64,000 nucleotides of DNA. Origin: Thermoplasmata archaeon (lineage in GTDB: Archaea; Thermoplasmatota; E2; JACPAO01; JAHFTW01). The DNA lies in the NCBI GenBank assembly GCA_034667725.1, contig JAXDQS010000003.1, positions 416,001 to 480,000 on the forward strand, in the 5' to 3' direction. The translations under genes and the position numbers were made by a program. The notes beneath the pieces are model-generated. The model was not told the origin of the DNA, did not search any database, and saw nothing but the letters and a program-made list of their open reading frames with translations. Within the stretch, counting starts at the first letter, position 1, and every line of letters begins with the position of its first letter. Positions 44,902 through 54,307 of the stretch are shown here, piece by piece.

Positions 44902-46318
44902 CGCGCACCAGGACGGCCTCGCTGGCGTTGTTGTCGCCGGCGTCCTTGCCTTCGGCGCCGCACTTCTCGACGCAGGCGTCCACGAAGGCGGCGTACACCG
45001 TGCCGTTGCGGGCCGTGGCGTCGATGAAGTCCACCATGCCGGGGCAGCGGCCGCCGTCGCCGCAGGGGCCGATGACGAGCGGGTCGAGGCCGTCGCCGGC
45101 GCGGATGGTCTCGAGGCGGGGCGCGGCGGTGCCGGCGCCGGTGACGAGGGTGACGAAGGCGAACCAGCGGGCGCTGGCCAGGTCGTCGCCGGTCGTGTTG
45201 TCCTGGGTGCCGGGGTAGGCGAGCGCGACGCGGCCGTCCTCCAGGGTCGTCATGGCGGGCAGGGTGGCCGCGACGCCGAAGGGGGTGGCGGTGATGGGGG
45301 CGCCCCAGGTCGCGCCGTGGTCGGTGCTGGTGAACAGCATGAGGTGGCCGTCCTGGGCGACGACGGCGTAGTGGACGGTGCCGTTGGCGTCGACCGCGAC
45401 CACGGGGTCGGGGGCCTCCTGGACGGGCCGCTCGGTGACGGCGCGGGTCGTCCAGGTCAGGCCAGAGTCCTCGGACACGTGCAGCCGGCTGAGGCCGCAG
45501 TGGACCTCGGGCAGGTAGAGCACGCCGTCCTGGGACGCCTTGAGGTGGCCGTGCAGGCTGCTGGCCGGGCCGGGGATCGCGGTCTCGCCGACGGTGGCGG
45601 TGGTGCTGCACGGCTCGCCGCCGTCTGCGCTGGCGGGGACGGCGGGGCCGAAGACCAGGCCGCCGTCGAGGCTCTGGGCGCACATGATGGCGTACACCGA
45701 GTTGACGCAGGTCACGACGACGTTCGGGTAGCCGACCGTGGTCGCCGGGGAGCGGGGCGCCGCGGCCACGATGGTCTGGTGGTCCCACGGCGGCGAGGCA
45801 CCGCAGCCCTTCGGGTTCGAGGTCCAGGCCGCGCCTTGGTCGTCGCTCCAGGAGAGCGTCGAGCACAGCAGGATGGGCGCCATCGCGAACTGGAAGACGC
45901 GGCCGGTGGCGGCGTCGACGTAGACGTACGGGTCGTTGGTCTCGGGCGGGGCCGGCTGGCCGGTCGGAAGCCGGGGGCCGACGTCCGCCCAGGTGACGCC
46001 GTCGTCCTGCGACAAGTGGACGCCGGGGCCGAAGCCGACCGCGACGCCGTTTTCGGGGGTGGTGGCGTAGTAGATGTTGCCGTCCGCGTCGACGCCGAGG
46101 GTGGGCTCGAACGCCGCGACGCCCAGCGGCAGGACGTCGGCCACCAGGTCAGGGAGCGCCCAGGCATCCAAGGCGGTGGCGTTGCCGTCGTGCAGGAACA
46201 AGTGGGGCGGCAGCGTCAGCGGCTGCGGGTCCTCGGTCGGGGTCGGCGGGGCGACGGGCGTGGTGCAGCCCGCCAGCAGGGCGGTGGCCAGCAGGGCGGC
46301 AAGGAGGAAGGCGCGCAT
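44879..46318 (-). CDS. Lipoprotein with BNR/Asp-box repeats (sialidase-like propeller)
   Basis: LLAGC; SQDDGVTW, SDDQGAAW, SLDGG, SEDSGLTW and STDHGATW. Confidence 0.85.
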   Translation of the reverse strand: MRAFLLAALLATALLAGCTTPVAPPTPTEDPQPLTLPPHLFLHDGNATALDAWALPDLVADVLPLGVAAFEPTLGVDADGNIYYATTPENGVAVGFGPGVHLSQDDGVTWADVGPRLPTGQPAPPETNDPYVYVDAATGRVFQFAMAPILLCSTLSWSDDQGAAWTSNPKGCGASPPWDHQTIVAAAPRSPATTVGYPNVVVTCVNSVYAIMCAQSLDGGLVFGPAVPASADGGEPCSTTATVGETAIPGPASSLHGHLKASQDGVLYLPEVHCGLSRLHVSEDSGLTWTTRAVTERPVQEAPDPVVAVDANGTVHYAVVAQDGHLMLFTSTDHGATWGAPITATPFGVAATLPAMTTLEDGRVALAYPGTQDNTTGDDLASARWFAFVTLVTGAGTAAPRLETIRAGDGLDPLVIGPCGDGGRCPGMVDFIDATARNGTVYAAFVDACVEKCGAEGKDAGDNNASEAVLVRVKAGAAA

Positions 46319-46384
46319 GGGTCGCCCAGGGAGGGCTGGGGTTCTTGGGGCTTATGGATGGGACGTGGCTGCGGAGGGCGGTCC

Positions 46385-46560
46385 GCGACGGGCACCGATT
46401 TCCCCAGATTCGGAAGATCTCCACAGAACTCTGGGGAATCTGTGTCCAGCCGGCGGCCCCGCGACGAGCACTGATTCGCACAGATTCGGAAGATTCCCAC
46501 AGAAGTCTGTGGAATCTGTGTCCAGTCGGGCGCACAACAGAACCACCGAGGACACCGAGA
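46385..46560 (-). repeat. REP/BIME-like hairpin repeat cluster C
   Basis: Two units plus the flanking module shared with cluster B. Confidence 0.85.
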
Positions 46561-46567
46561 CTCCGGC

Positions 46568-47311
46568 TCAACGCACGGACGCCTGCCGTACCCGCTCGAA
46601 GCACAGGGCGGCCGCCGCGGCCGCCACGTTGAGGCTCAGGTCGCCGCCCGGGGTCGGGATGCACACCCGCGCGTCGAGCGCCTCCAGGCTGCCGCGCGAC
46701 AGGCCCTCCGACTCCGATCCCAGCACCAGGCAGACGGCGCCCGTGAGCCGCAGGTCCCACGGCGCCTTGCCGCCGTTGGCGTCCGCGCCCACGATCCACA
46801 CGCCCTCGCGCCGCAGCGTGCTCAGGGCGGTCGCAAGGTTGCCCACCCGCGCCACCGGGAGCATAGAGAACGCGCCGGCCGCCGACTTCAGGGCACCTTG
46901 GCCGATGCTCGCGGTGCCGCGCTCGGGGACGATGAGGCCGTGCGCGCCGGCCAGGAGGGCGCTGCGGGCGATGGCGCCGAGGTTCTGCGGGTCCTCGACG
47001 CCGTCCACGGCCACCACGAACGGCTCCTCGCCCGCCGCGCGCGCCTGCTCGACCAGGTCCTTGACGCTGTGCTCGGGCAAGGGCTCGACGATGGCGGCGA
47101 CCCCTTGCAGTCCGGAGCCGGCGATGCGCACCAGGTCGCCGGGCAGCACGTAGTTCACCACCAGCCCGCGGCGCGCCGCCTCCAGGGTGATGTCGCGCAG
47201 GCGGGGGTCGGCGGCCTGGTCGCGCGCCACCAGGACGGAATGGACCTCGCGGCTGCTGCGGAGCGCCTGGAGCACGGCGTGGCGGCCCGCGATGCCGACG
47301 CGCTCGCTCAT
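46568..47311 (-). CDS. SPOUT rRNA 2'-O-methyltransferase, RlmB/TrmH family
   Basis: GRHAV, DGVEDPQNLGAIARSA, KSAAGA, LGSESEG and SLNVAAA motifs. Confidence 0.9.
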   Translation of the reverse strand: MSERVGIAGRHAVLQALRSSREVHSVLVARDQAADPRLRDITLEAARRGLVVNYVLPGDLVRIAGSGLQGVAAIVEPLPEHSVKDLVEQARAAGEEPFVVAVDGVEDPQNLGAIARSALLAGAHGLIVPERGTASIGQGALKSAAGAFSMLPVARVGNLATALSTLRREGVWIVGADANGGKAPWDLRLTGAVCLVLGSESEGLSRGSLEALDARVCIPTPGGDLSLNVAAAAAALCFERVRQASVR

Positions 47312-48453
47312 GCCGTCGGCACGCCGGGCGCGCCGGATAGGCGTTGCCAAGCGACGACGGCCACGGCCGCGACCGCCCCGGCCGCCGCGAAGCCGCCGAA
47401 CAGCCACGCCGGCCCCTGCGCGTCCAGCAGGGCGCCGCCCGCCAGGCCGCCCGCCAAGGCGGCGAGGCCGGCGGCGGCGTGGTAGACGCCCAGCGCGGTG
47501 CCGGTGCGGGAGCCGGCGAGGTCGGCGGCCAAGGCGCGGCCGGTGCCCTCGCTGGCGGCGAAGCCGAGGCCGAGCAGGAAGAAGCCGCCGCCCAGCGCCA
47601 GCGGGCCGTCCGACCAGGCCAAGAGGACGCAGGCGAGGGCGAGCAGCACGCAGCCGGCGGCGAGCACCCGGGGCTTGCCGTGCTGGTCCGCCCAGGCGCC
47701 GATCGGGTAGGCGCCGGCGGCGTAGGTGACGTTGAACAGCAGGTACCAGCCCACCGCGGGCAGGATGCCGTCGCTGCCGGCGCGCAGCAGGAAGAAGGTC
47801 GGCGCGGCGTGGAACAGCGCGACCAGGCAGCCGACGGCGACGTAGGCGCGGAAGCTCGGGTGCGGCCGCTCGTCCGGGGCGTAGCGGGGGCGCGCCGTCG
47901 GCTCCTTCAGCCACGCCAGCGGGAGGGCGGCGGCAAGCCCCGCGACGGCCGCGACCCAGAGGGCGCCGCCCGGCCCAAGCCGGGTCCAAGCCAAGAGGGC
48001 GAGCAGCAGCAGGATGCCGAGGACGGCGCCGGCGGTGTCGGCGGCGCGGTGGAACGCGAACGCCCGGCCGCGCTCGCGGGCCGGCAGCGCTTGGCTCAGG
48101 ATGGCGTCGCGCGGCGCGGTGCGCATCCCCTTGCCGATGCGGTCGAGGCTGCGCCAGCCCAGCACCGCCGGCCACGCCGTCGCGGTCGCCAGCCCGACGC
48201 GCGCCAAGGCGGCGCCCAGGTAGCCGGCGGCCACCAGCGGGCGTTGGCGGCGAATCCGGTCGCCGAGGCGGCCGCCGACCCACTTCGAGAGGTGGCCGAT
48301 GGCCTCGGACAGGGCGGCCACGAAGCCGATGGCAAGGCCGGAGGCGCCGGCGCCCGCCAGCACGAACGGCAGCAGGGCGGTCACCATCTCGCCCGAGACG
48401 TCCATCAGGAGGCTGGTCGCGGCAAGGACGCGCACCGTCTGCCAGCCGGACAC
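47308..48453 (-). CDS. MFS transporter
   Basis: DVSGEMV, LDRIGKGMRTAPRDA and FHRAADTAGA; about 12 hydrophobic segments. Confidence 0.9.
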   Translation of the reverse strand: MSGWQTVRVLAATSLLMDVSGEMVTALLPFVLAGAGASGLAIGFVAALSEAIGHLSKWVGGRLGDRIRRQRPLVAAGYLGAALARVGLATATAWPAVLGWRSLDRIGKGMRTAPRDAILSQALPARERGRAFAFHRAADTAGAVLGILLLLALLAWTRLGPGGALWVAAVAGLAAALPLAWLKEPTARPRYAPDERPHPSFRAYVAVGCLVALFHAAPTFFLLRAGSDGILPAVGWYLLFNVTYAAGAYPIGAWADQHGKPRVLAAGCVLLALACVLLAWSDGPLALGGGFFLLGLGFAASEGTGRALAADLAGSRTGTALGVYHAAAGLAALAGGLAGGALLDAQGPAWLFGGFAAAGAVAAVAVVAWQRLSGAPGVPTA

Positions 48454-48504
48454 GCCCCGGCCACTCGCGCTTGCTTGAAAGCCTGGCCGCCCCGTTCCGG
48501 TCCC

Positions 48505-49377
48505 GTGGCGGACCTGCGGTCGCGGCGGCCCGAGAACGCCCCGGGCGGGTTCTTCGTGGACGCGACCTGCATCGACTGCGACACTTGCCGCTGGATGGCG
48601 CCCGGCACCTTCGCCCGCGTCGGCCGCCAGAGCGCCGTCGCCCATCAGCCCGCGTCGCCCGCCGAGGAGCGGGCCGCGCTGCAAGCGCTCGTGAGCTGCC
48701 CGACCGCGAGCATCGGCGCGCCGCCGGGGTCTGCCGTGGCGGCGGTGGCCGGCGACTTCCCGCTGCCCGTGACGCCGCACGTGGGGCACTTGGGCTACCA
48801 CAGCGAGGCGTCGTTCGGCGGCGCGGCCTGGCTGCTGCGGCACCCCGAGGGCAACGTCATGGTGGACGCGCCCCGGTTCGCGGCGCCCTTGGCCAAGCGC
48901 ATCGAGGCGCTCGGCGGCTTGCGCCTGATCGTGCTGACCCACCGCGACGACGTCGCCGACCACGACAAGTGGGCCCGCCGCTTCGGGGCCGAGCGGGTGC
49001 TGCACGAACGGGACGCGCCCGTGCCCGGCGGCCCCGTGGAACGGCTCCTGATGGGCGACGACCCGGTGGAGCTGCTGCCCGGCTTGTGGGCGATCCCGAC
49101 GCCCGGCCACACCCGCGGCCACACGTGCTACCTGTGGGAAGGCGACGGCGGCGTGCTGTTCACCGGCGACCACCTCGCCTACGACGACGAAGCCGGGCGT
49201 CTGGAGGCCTGGCCGGACGTGTGCTGGTTCGACTGGGGCGCCCAGACCGCCTCGATGCGCAAGCTGCTGGCGCACGACTTCGAATGGGTGCTGCCGGGCC
49301 ACGGCCGCAAGGGGCACCTCCCCGGCCGCATGAAGGACGAGCTGGCGCGCCTCGTGGCCTGGATGGAGCGGCAGTGA
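48505..49377 (+). CDS. Ferredoxin-MBL-fold metallo-hydrolase fusion
   Basis: CIDCDTC...CP, THRDDVADH, PGHTRGH, TGDHL and LPGHG motifs. Confidence 0.9.
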   Translation: MADLRSRRPENAPGGFFVDATCIDCDTCRWMAPGTFARVGRQSAVAHQPASPAEERAALQALVSCPTASIGAPPGSAVAAVAGDFPLPVTPHVGHLGYHSEASFGGAAWLLRHPEGNVMVDAPRFAAPLAKRIEALGGLRLIVLTHRDDVADHDKWARRFGAERVLHERDAPVPGGPVERLLMGDDPVELLPGLWAIPTPGHTRGHTCYLWEGDGGVLFTGDHLAYDDEAGRLEAWPDVCWFDWGAQTASMRKLLAHDFEWVLPGHGRKGHLPGRMKDELARLVAWMERQ

Positions 49378-50102
49378 CCGAGCGCCTCTGGCTGACGCAG
49401 CCGCGCCGCGCCACCGCCATCGCGAAGGTCGTCGCCGTCGAAGGCGGCCTGTTCGCGCTCGACCGCAGCCTGTTCGCGCCCACCTCCCGGCTGTGCCGCC
49501 ACCCGCAGCCGCACGACATGGGCATGGTGTGGATCGACGGCGGCGAGAAGCGCAAGCTCGTGCGCGTCCTCGATCGCGGCGGCAGGCTCTGGCACCAGCT
49601 GCGCGGCACCGTGCCCCCGGTCGGCGCCACCCTCAACTGCCAGCTCGACCAGGAGCGGCGGGAGAAGGAGTCGCGGGCCCACACCGCGATGCACCTGCTG
49701 CTGGTGGCGTTGCAGCGCGCCGGCGCGGGCCCGTTGGTGGCGGACCCCACGGTCAAGGGGGGCGGCACCTTTCGCCTCGACTTCGCGCAAGCCCCCGCGC
49801 CCAAGCTGCTGGCGGCAGCCCTCGCGCAGGCCAACCAATGGGTGCAGGACAACCGCCCCGTCCGCGTCGAGCACGTGCTGCGCGGCATGGAAACCAAGGT
49901 GTTGGATGCCCAGCAGTTCGAGGTGCCCGACCCCTATCCTGGCCCCGACGGCAGCGTCCCGGCCGCACGGGTCGAGGGCGTCTGCTGCCTGCCGTGCGAC
50001 GGCACCCACGTCGAGCGGACCCTCAAGGTCGGCCGCGTCGTCGTCGCGCAAGCCCACCGCGGCGCCGGCGGCTTCGTCGTCGTGGGGCGCGTGGGCGGCT
50101 AG
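49374..50102 (+). CDS. AlaX-like free-standing tRNA-editing protein
   Basis: QPHDMG and Zn ligand motifs HTAMH and PCDGTH; GTGA overlap with the upstream gene. Confidence 0.75.
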   Translation: MTERLWLTQPRRATAIAKVVAVEGGLFALDRSLFAPTSRLCRHPQPHDMGMVWIDGGEKRKLVRVLDRGGRLWHQLRGTVPPVGATLNCQLDQERREKESRAHTAMHLLLVALQRAGAGPLVADPTVKGGGTFRLDFAQAPAPKLLAAALAQANQWVQDNRPVRVEHVLRGMETKVLDAQQFEVPDPYPGPDGSVPAARVEGVCCLPCDGTHVERTLKVGRVVVAQAHRGAGGFVVVGRVGG

Positions 50103-50812
50103 GCGACGCGGATGGGGCCGAGGCGGCCCGTGCAGCCCTGCCCCTTCAGGCTGACGCTGCGCCCGCCCGCGATGGGCTCCAGCGTGATGAGGCCGAAGCC
50201 GGGCGTGAACGACGCGATGGCGGGGGCGTTGCGCCAGTCCAGCACGGGCTGGCCGTCGATCCAGCCCTGGATGCGCCGCGCCTGCGGCTCGACCTGGAAG
50301 CGGAGCGCGTGCATCTGGCCGGGCGTGGAGGCCGGGCCGTCGGCGATGGCCGTGAACGCCTGCTCCTGCGGGATGAGGCCCGGGATGTGCAGCCGCTCGA
50401 ACAGGATGGCCGTGCGCGCCCCGTTGGCAAGCCCGTCCAGGACGTAGCCGCCCGCGAAGTCCATGAGGTTGAAGCTCGCGAAGCCGTGGCCCCAGGCCGT
50501 CGTGGTGGCGCCGTGCATGGTGGCGCCGAGGATGGTCTCCACCACGAGGCCCTCCTTGGGGACCGGGATCTGGCGGCTGCAGGCCACCAGGTGCTTGGGG
50601 TTGTCGAAGATCTGCACCTGGTCGTGGCTGCGGGTGAAGCGCGGCGCGGACAGCTCCAGCAGGCCGTCCTTCGTGGTCGCCTTGGCGCCTGGCTCGGCCC
50701 AGTGCCACATCGTGCCGTCGCCGGCGGGGAAGGCCGCGGGGGTCCAGGCCTTGAGCGAGTCGGGGCCCCAGGATTCGAAGGCCTGCGACCCGGGCTGCAT
50801 GGTGGCGTGCAT
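50099..50812 (-). CDS. Hypothetical beta-sandwich protein (DUF6081-like)
   Basis: Coding bias; FTRSHDQVQIFDNPKHL. The family call is from memory only. Confidence 0.55.
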   Translation of the reverse strand: MHATMQPGSQAFESWGPDSLKAWTPAAFPAGDGTMWHWAEPGAKATTKDGLLELSAPRFTRSHDQVQIFDNPKHLVACSRQIPVPKEGLVVETILGATMHGATTTAWGHGFASFNLMDFAGGYVLDGLANGARTAILFERLHIPGLIPQEQAFTAIADGPASTPGQMHALRFQVEPQARRIQGWIDGQPVLDWRNAPAIASFTPGFGLITLEPIAGGRSVSLKGQGCTGRLGPIRVA

Positions 50813-50916
50813 GGCCTGTCCGACGGCGGGGCAGGGATAAGCCATGCCGACCGCAACAACTCGCGAGGAGTTGCAACCAGCGCAACCTTGATGCCCACCG
50901 GCGCCCAACCCCTTCC

Positions 50917-51078
50917 ATGGCCGGCGGCTACGAGAACGAGGACGTCCAGGCCGAGCTGGAGGAGCTGCGCCGCAAGAAGGAGGCCGAGCTGCGCGCCTGG
51001 ATGGAGGAGGAGCGGCGCGAGCGCGAACGCCGCAAGCTGGAACGCGAAGCGCGCGACGGGGACGTCACGCCACCTTGA
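50917..51078 (+). CDS. Small charged helical protein (53 aa)
   Basis: MAGGYENEDVQAELEELRRKKEAELRAWMEEERRERERRKLEREARDGDVTPP; high GC3; below the ORF-track size cutoff. Confidence 0.6.
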   Translation: MAGGYENEDVQAELEELRRKKEAELRAWMEEERRERERRKLEREARDGDVTPP

Positions 51079-51529
51079 TCGAGTAGCTGGCCCCAAGCTG
51101 CGCCATTCCCTCGACGGCGACCCGCGCCGTGCCGGCCGGCACCCTGCCCTCGGGAGCCTCGGGGATGCGCTCGCCCGCGTCGTCAAGCCACACCAGGCAG
51201 GCGCCGGCGGCGTTGAGGTCCGCCGAGCTCACCGACGGCCCCTCGTAAGTGCGGTTCCATGCCGCCTGCGGCACGGGCTGGAGGTCCTGGCCCGCCGGCA
51301 GCTCACCCGGCTGCTGGCTGTCCGGCAGCACGCACGGGCCGACGCTGTCGAGGGTGCCGTTGATGTAGATGGGCGCCAGCGCGGTGGCGATGGCGATCAC
51401 CATGCCCGAGGTGGCGTCTTGGGGTTGGCTGCCCCCGGTGGCCGCGTCGGTCGTGGAGGCCGCGAGGTCGTCGGACGGGCCGGTGCAGCCGGCAAGCAGG
51501 AGGCAGGCGAGCAGGAACGCAGCGCGCAT
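51065..51529 (-). CDS. Hypothetical lipoprotein
   Basis: MRAAFLLACLLLAGC lipobox. Confidence 0.7.
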   Translation of the reverse strand: MRAAFLLACLLLAGCTGPSDDLAASTTDAATGGSQPQDATSGMVIAIATALAPIYINGTLDSVGPCVLPDSQQPGELPAGQDLQPVPQAAWNRTYEGPSVSSADLNAAGACLVWLDDAGERIPEAPEGRVPAGTARVAVEGMAQLGASYSIKVA

Positions 51530-51628
51530 GACGCTGGAGCCGCCTCTCGACCTACTTGAGCAGATTGGCGGCCATGTGGCGCCGGACGGTTCCGCAACGC
51601 CCATGAGCCCACGCCCCGCTCGGAGGCC

Positions 51629-51781
51629 ATGGCCCCGGCCCCCGACCCGAAGGTGAACGTGAACCGCGCCGACAAGACCGGCGACGACCGCATGGCGATG
51701 TTCCGGGAGCTGGCGAAGCACACCAAGCCCACGGGGCCGTCGGCCAAGGGCAAGAGCAGCGACGGCAGCGAAGAGGAGTAA
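51629..51781 (+). CDS. Small hypothetical protein (50 aa)
   Basis: GGAGG upstream; MAPAPDPKVNVNRADKTGDDRMAMFRELAKH...; high GC3. Confidence 0.55.
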   Translation: MAPAPDPKVNVNRADKTGDDRMAMFRELAKHTKPTGPSAKGKSSDGSEEE

Positions 51782-51789
51782 GCGGGCGA

Positions 51790-52041
51790 CTGGACACAGA
51801 TTCCCCAGACCTCTGTGGGAATCTTCCGAATCTGAGGGAATCCGTGCTCGTCGCGGCCGCAACTAGACACAGATTCCACAGAGTTCTGTGGGAATCTTCC
51901 GAATCTGAGCGAATCGGTGCCCGTCGGGTGACCGACGCACACAGATTCCATAGACCCTGACTTTGGTTCTGGCGGGGCCTAGCCAAAAATTCCACAGGGT
52001 TCTGTGGGAATCTTCCAAATCTGGGAAAATCAGTGCCCGTC
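51790..52041 (+). repeat. REP/BIME-like hairpin repeat cluster D
   Basis: Three units, the third with an internal insert module; starts 8 nt after the upstream stop. Confidence 0.85.
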
Positions 52042-52049
52042 CCGCGCCT

Positions 52050-53495
52050 TCACTCTTCCTCGCCGTCCCCGCCCATCGCGTCCCGGATCTCCGCCTCGGC
52101 CTCCGCCGCCGTCCCGCCCAGGGCCTTGGCGGCCCGCCGTGCCGCCTTGTCGTCCAGCTCCTCTTGGGTCTTGTGGGCGCCGAGGTAGAACTTCGCGCCG
52201 ATCTTGCGGTACCACTTGTAGGCGGCGCCTTCCTTGCGGGTGCGGCTGCCGAAGTAGAGGTGGCGGCGCGTCACCTCGCCCAGCCACTCCTCGGGGACCT
52301 GCAGGAACCGGTTGGGGTCCTTGTTGAGCTCGACGATGACGCGGCGCACGGCCACCATGGCGTCCGCCTCCGACAGGCCGCGGTCCTCCAGGCGCTCGGC
52401 GTGGTTGCGCTCCAGCATGGCCTCCTCGATGACCTCCAGCAGGCGGTAGAACAGTTGTCCGCGCTTCTGGGTCTTGACGGGGCGGAAGTGGCGCAGCAGC
52501 AGCTTGTCGTCGGACTGGAGCTTCTGCATCGGCCCGGCGTGGGCGAAGAACAGGGTCTTGGTGACCTCGGCGGGGTCGGGGTCGCCGGTCTTGCGGTGCG
52601 CCGTGAGGTAGCGTTCGACCAGGACATGCGGGTCGGGGCTCACCTGCAGCGCCTCCGCCACCTCGGGCCCCACCTTGGCGCCGGACAGGCCGGCGCGCAG
52701 GTGCTTGATGGCCTCCTCGGCGGGCGTCGGCTTGGCGCTGGCCGGCTTGGCCACGGGCTCGGACGGCTCCGTGGGGGCCGCGCCTTCGACGGGCGGGGCG
52801 GGCTCCGGGTCGCCTTGGCCGGCCTCCAGCACCAGCTCGCCGGCGATCTCCACTTCCTTGAGGCGGTCGAACCAGCCGTTGGCCTTGGCCGCCTCCAAGG
52901 CCTGCTCGGGGCCGCGGCGGGACAGCTGGACGGAGCCGGGCGGGAGCCGCAGCAGCCGCTCGTCGACGTCCTCCTTGCGGCGCGACCGAACAAGCTCTGC
53001 CACTTCGAGGTAGGCCTTCGGCGTCAGGTTGCGGTTCGCGATCGCCAGCAGCCGGGTCTTGTCGAGGGTGCCGTCGGACCACATCTGGTGGTAGACCGGC
53101 GGGAGGAACAGCAGGTTGCGCGCCGCCACCGCCTGCGGCCCGCCCGTCCACTCCTTGGCCGCCTGGGTGTGGCTCTGCTGCGTCCGCTGGCAATGCAGGT
53201 TGTACGCCAGCGCCTGCACGAAGGGATCCTCGATGTAGGGCACCAGGCGCACGGGCAGCTGGTCGAGGGCGAACCGCACCGCCGTCGACTCGCCGGCCTC
53301 GACCCGCTGCAATTCGGCCCGCAGCGCCGCCTCGCAGCGCTCCACGACGTCCGCCACCGCCCCGCGCAGCAGCCGGTCGCCGGCGCGCAGGGTCTCGATG
53401 GCGCGCTCGACGTGGCGCGCGAACAGCCTGTGCTGCGCCGGGTTGAGGCGGGGCAACGGACCCTGGATGGCCTGCGCTACAAAGACCTCTCGCAC
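52050..53495 (-). CDS. Hypothetical two-domain protein, N-terminal half weakly ParB-like
   Basis: AGDRLLRGA, LPVRLV..ALAYNL..QR and LLFLPPVYHQMWSDGTL; Pro/Ala linker. Confidence 0.6.
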   Translation of the reverse strand: MREVFVAQAIQGPLPRLNPAQHRLFARHVERAIETLRAGDRLLRGAVADVVERCEAALRAELQRVEAGESTAVRFALDQLPVRLVPYIEDPFVQALAYNLHCQRTQQSHTQAAKEWTGGPQAVAARNLLFLPPVYHQMWSDGTLDKTRLLAIANRNLTPKAYLEVAELVRSRRKEDVDERLLRLPPGSVQLSRRGPEQALEAAKANGWFDRLKEVEIAGELVLEAGQGDPEPAPPVEGAAPTEPSEPVAKPASAKPTPAEEAIKHLRAGLSGAKVGPEVAEALQVSPDPHVLVERYLTAHRKTGDPDPAEVTKTLFFAHAGPMQKLQSDDKLLLRHFRPVKTQKRGQLFYRLLEVIEEAMLERNHAERLEDRGLSEADAMVAVRRVIVELNKDPNRFLQVPEEWLGEVTRRHLYFGSRTRKEGAAYKWYRKIGAKFYLGAHKTQEELDDKAARRAAKALGGTAAEAEAEIRDAMGGDGEEE

Positions 53496-53536
53496 GGCGG
53501 CGGCAGCCTTGAAGCGGTCGCGCCCGTTGCGCCGGC

Positions 53537-54307
53537 ATGGCGTCCTCGTTCCGCGCCGACCTCCTGGACGGCAAGGCGGCCGTCGTCACCGGCGGGGGCT
53601 CCGGCATCGGCCTCGCCATCGCGCAGGCGTTGGCGGGCCACGGCGCCACCGTCACCGTCGCAAGCCGCGACGCCGCCCGCCTTGCCGCGGCCGCGCAGCG
53701 CATCGGGTCGCGAGCCCGGGCGCACGCGTGCGACGTGCGCGACGCGGCCGCGGTGGCGCGGCTGGCGAAGGCGGTGGGGCCTGCGGACATCGTCGTGAAC
53801 GCGGCGGCCGGCAACTTCCCGGCGCCGTTCTCGGCGATGAGCGAGAACGCCTGGCGCACGGTGGTGGACATCGTGCTGCACGGCACCGCCAACGTCTGCC
53901 GCTCCTTCGGGCCGGCCCTGCGCGACGGCGCCTCCGTGGTCAACGTGGTCGCGGGTTACGCTTGGACGGGCGCGCCGGGCGTCAGCCACTCGGGGGCAGC
54001 CAAGGCCGGTGTGCTGAACCTCACCAAGAGCCTGGCCGTCGAATGGGCGCCGCGGGCGCGGGTCAACGCCGTGAGCCCCGGCCCCATCGACGGCACCGAG
54101 GGCATCCGGCGCCTTGCCGATGACCTGGGGCTTCGGGCGCAGATGGAGGCGGCCGTGCCGATGCGGCGGATGGGGACGCCGGAGGAGGTCGCGCAGGCGT
54201 GCCTGTTCCTCGCGAGCCCAGCGGCCAGCTACGTCACCGGCACGTGCCTGGTGGTGGACGGCGGCATGGACGCCAAGGGGCCGTTTGGGTCGCTGCTCTT
54301 AGGCTAG
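53537..54307 (+). CDS. SDR oxidoreductase, 2,4-dienoyl-CoA reductase-like
   Basis: TGGGSGIG, NAAAGNF, HSGAAKAG and SPGPI motifs. Confidence 0.88.
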   Translation: MASSFRADLLDGKAAVVTGGGSGIGLAIAQALAGHGATVTVASRDAARLAAAAQRIGSRARAHACDVRDAAAVARLAKAVGPADIVVNAAAGNFPAPFSAMSENAWRTVVDIVLHGTANVCRSFGPALRDGASVVNVVAGYAWTGAPGVSHSGAAKAGVLNLTKSLAVEWAPRARVNAVSPGPIDGTEGIRRLADDLGLRAQMEAAVPMRRMGTPEEVAQACLFLASPAASYVTGTCLVVDGGMDAKGPFGSLLLG

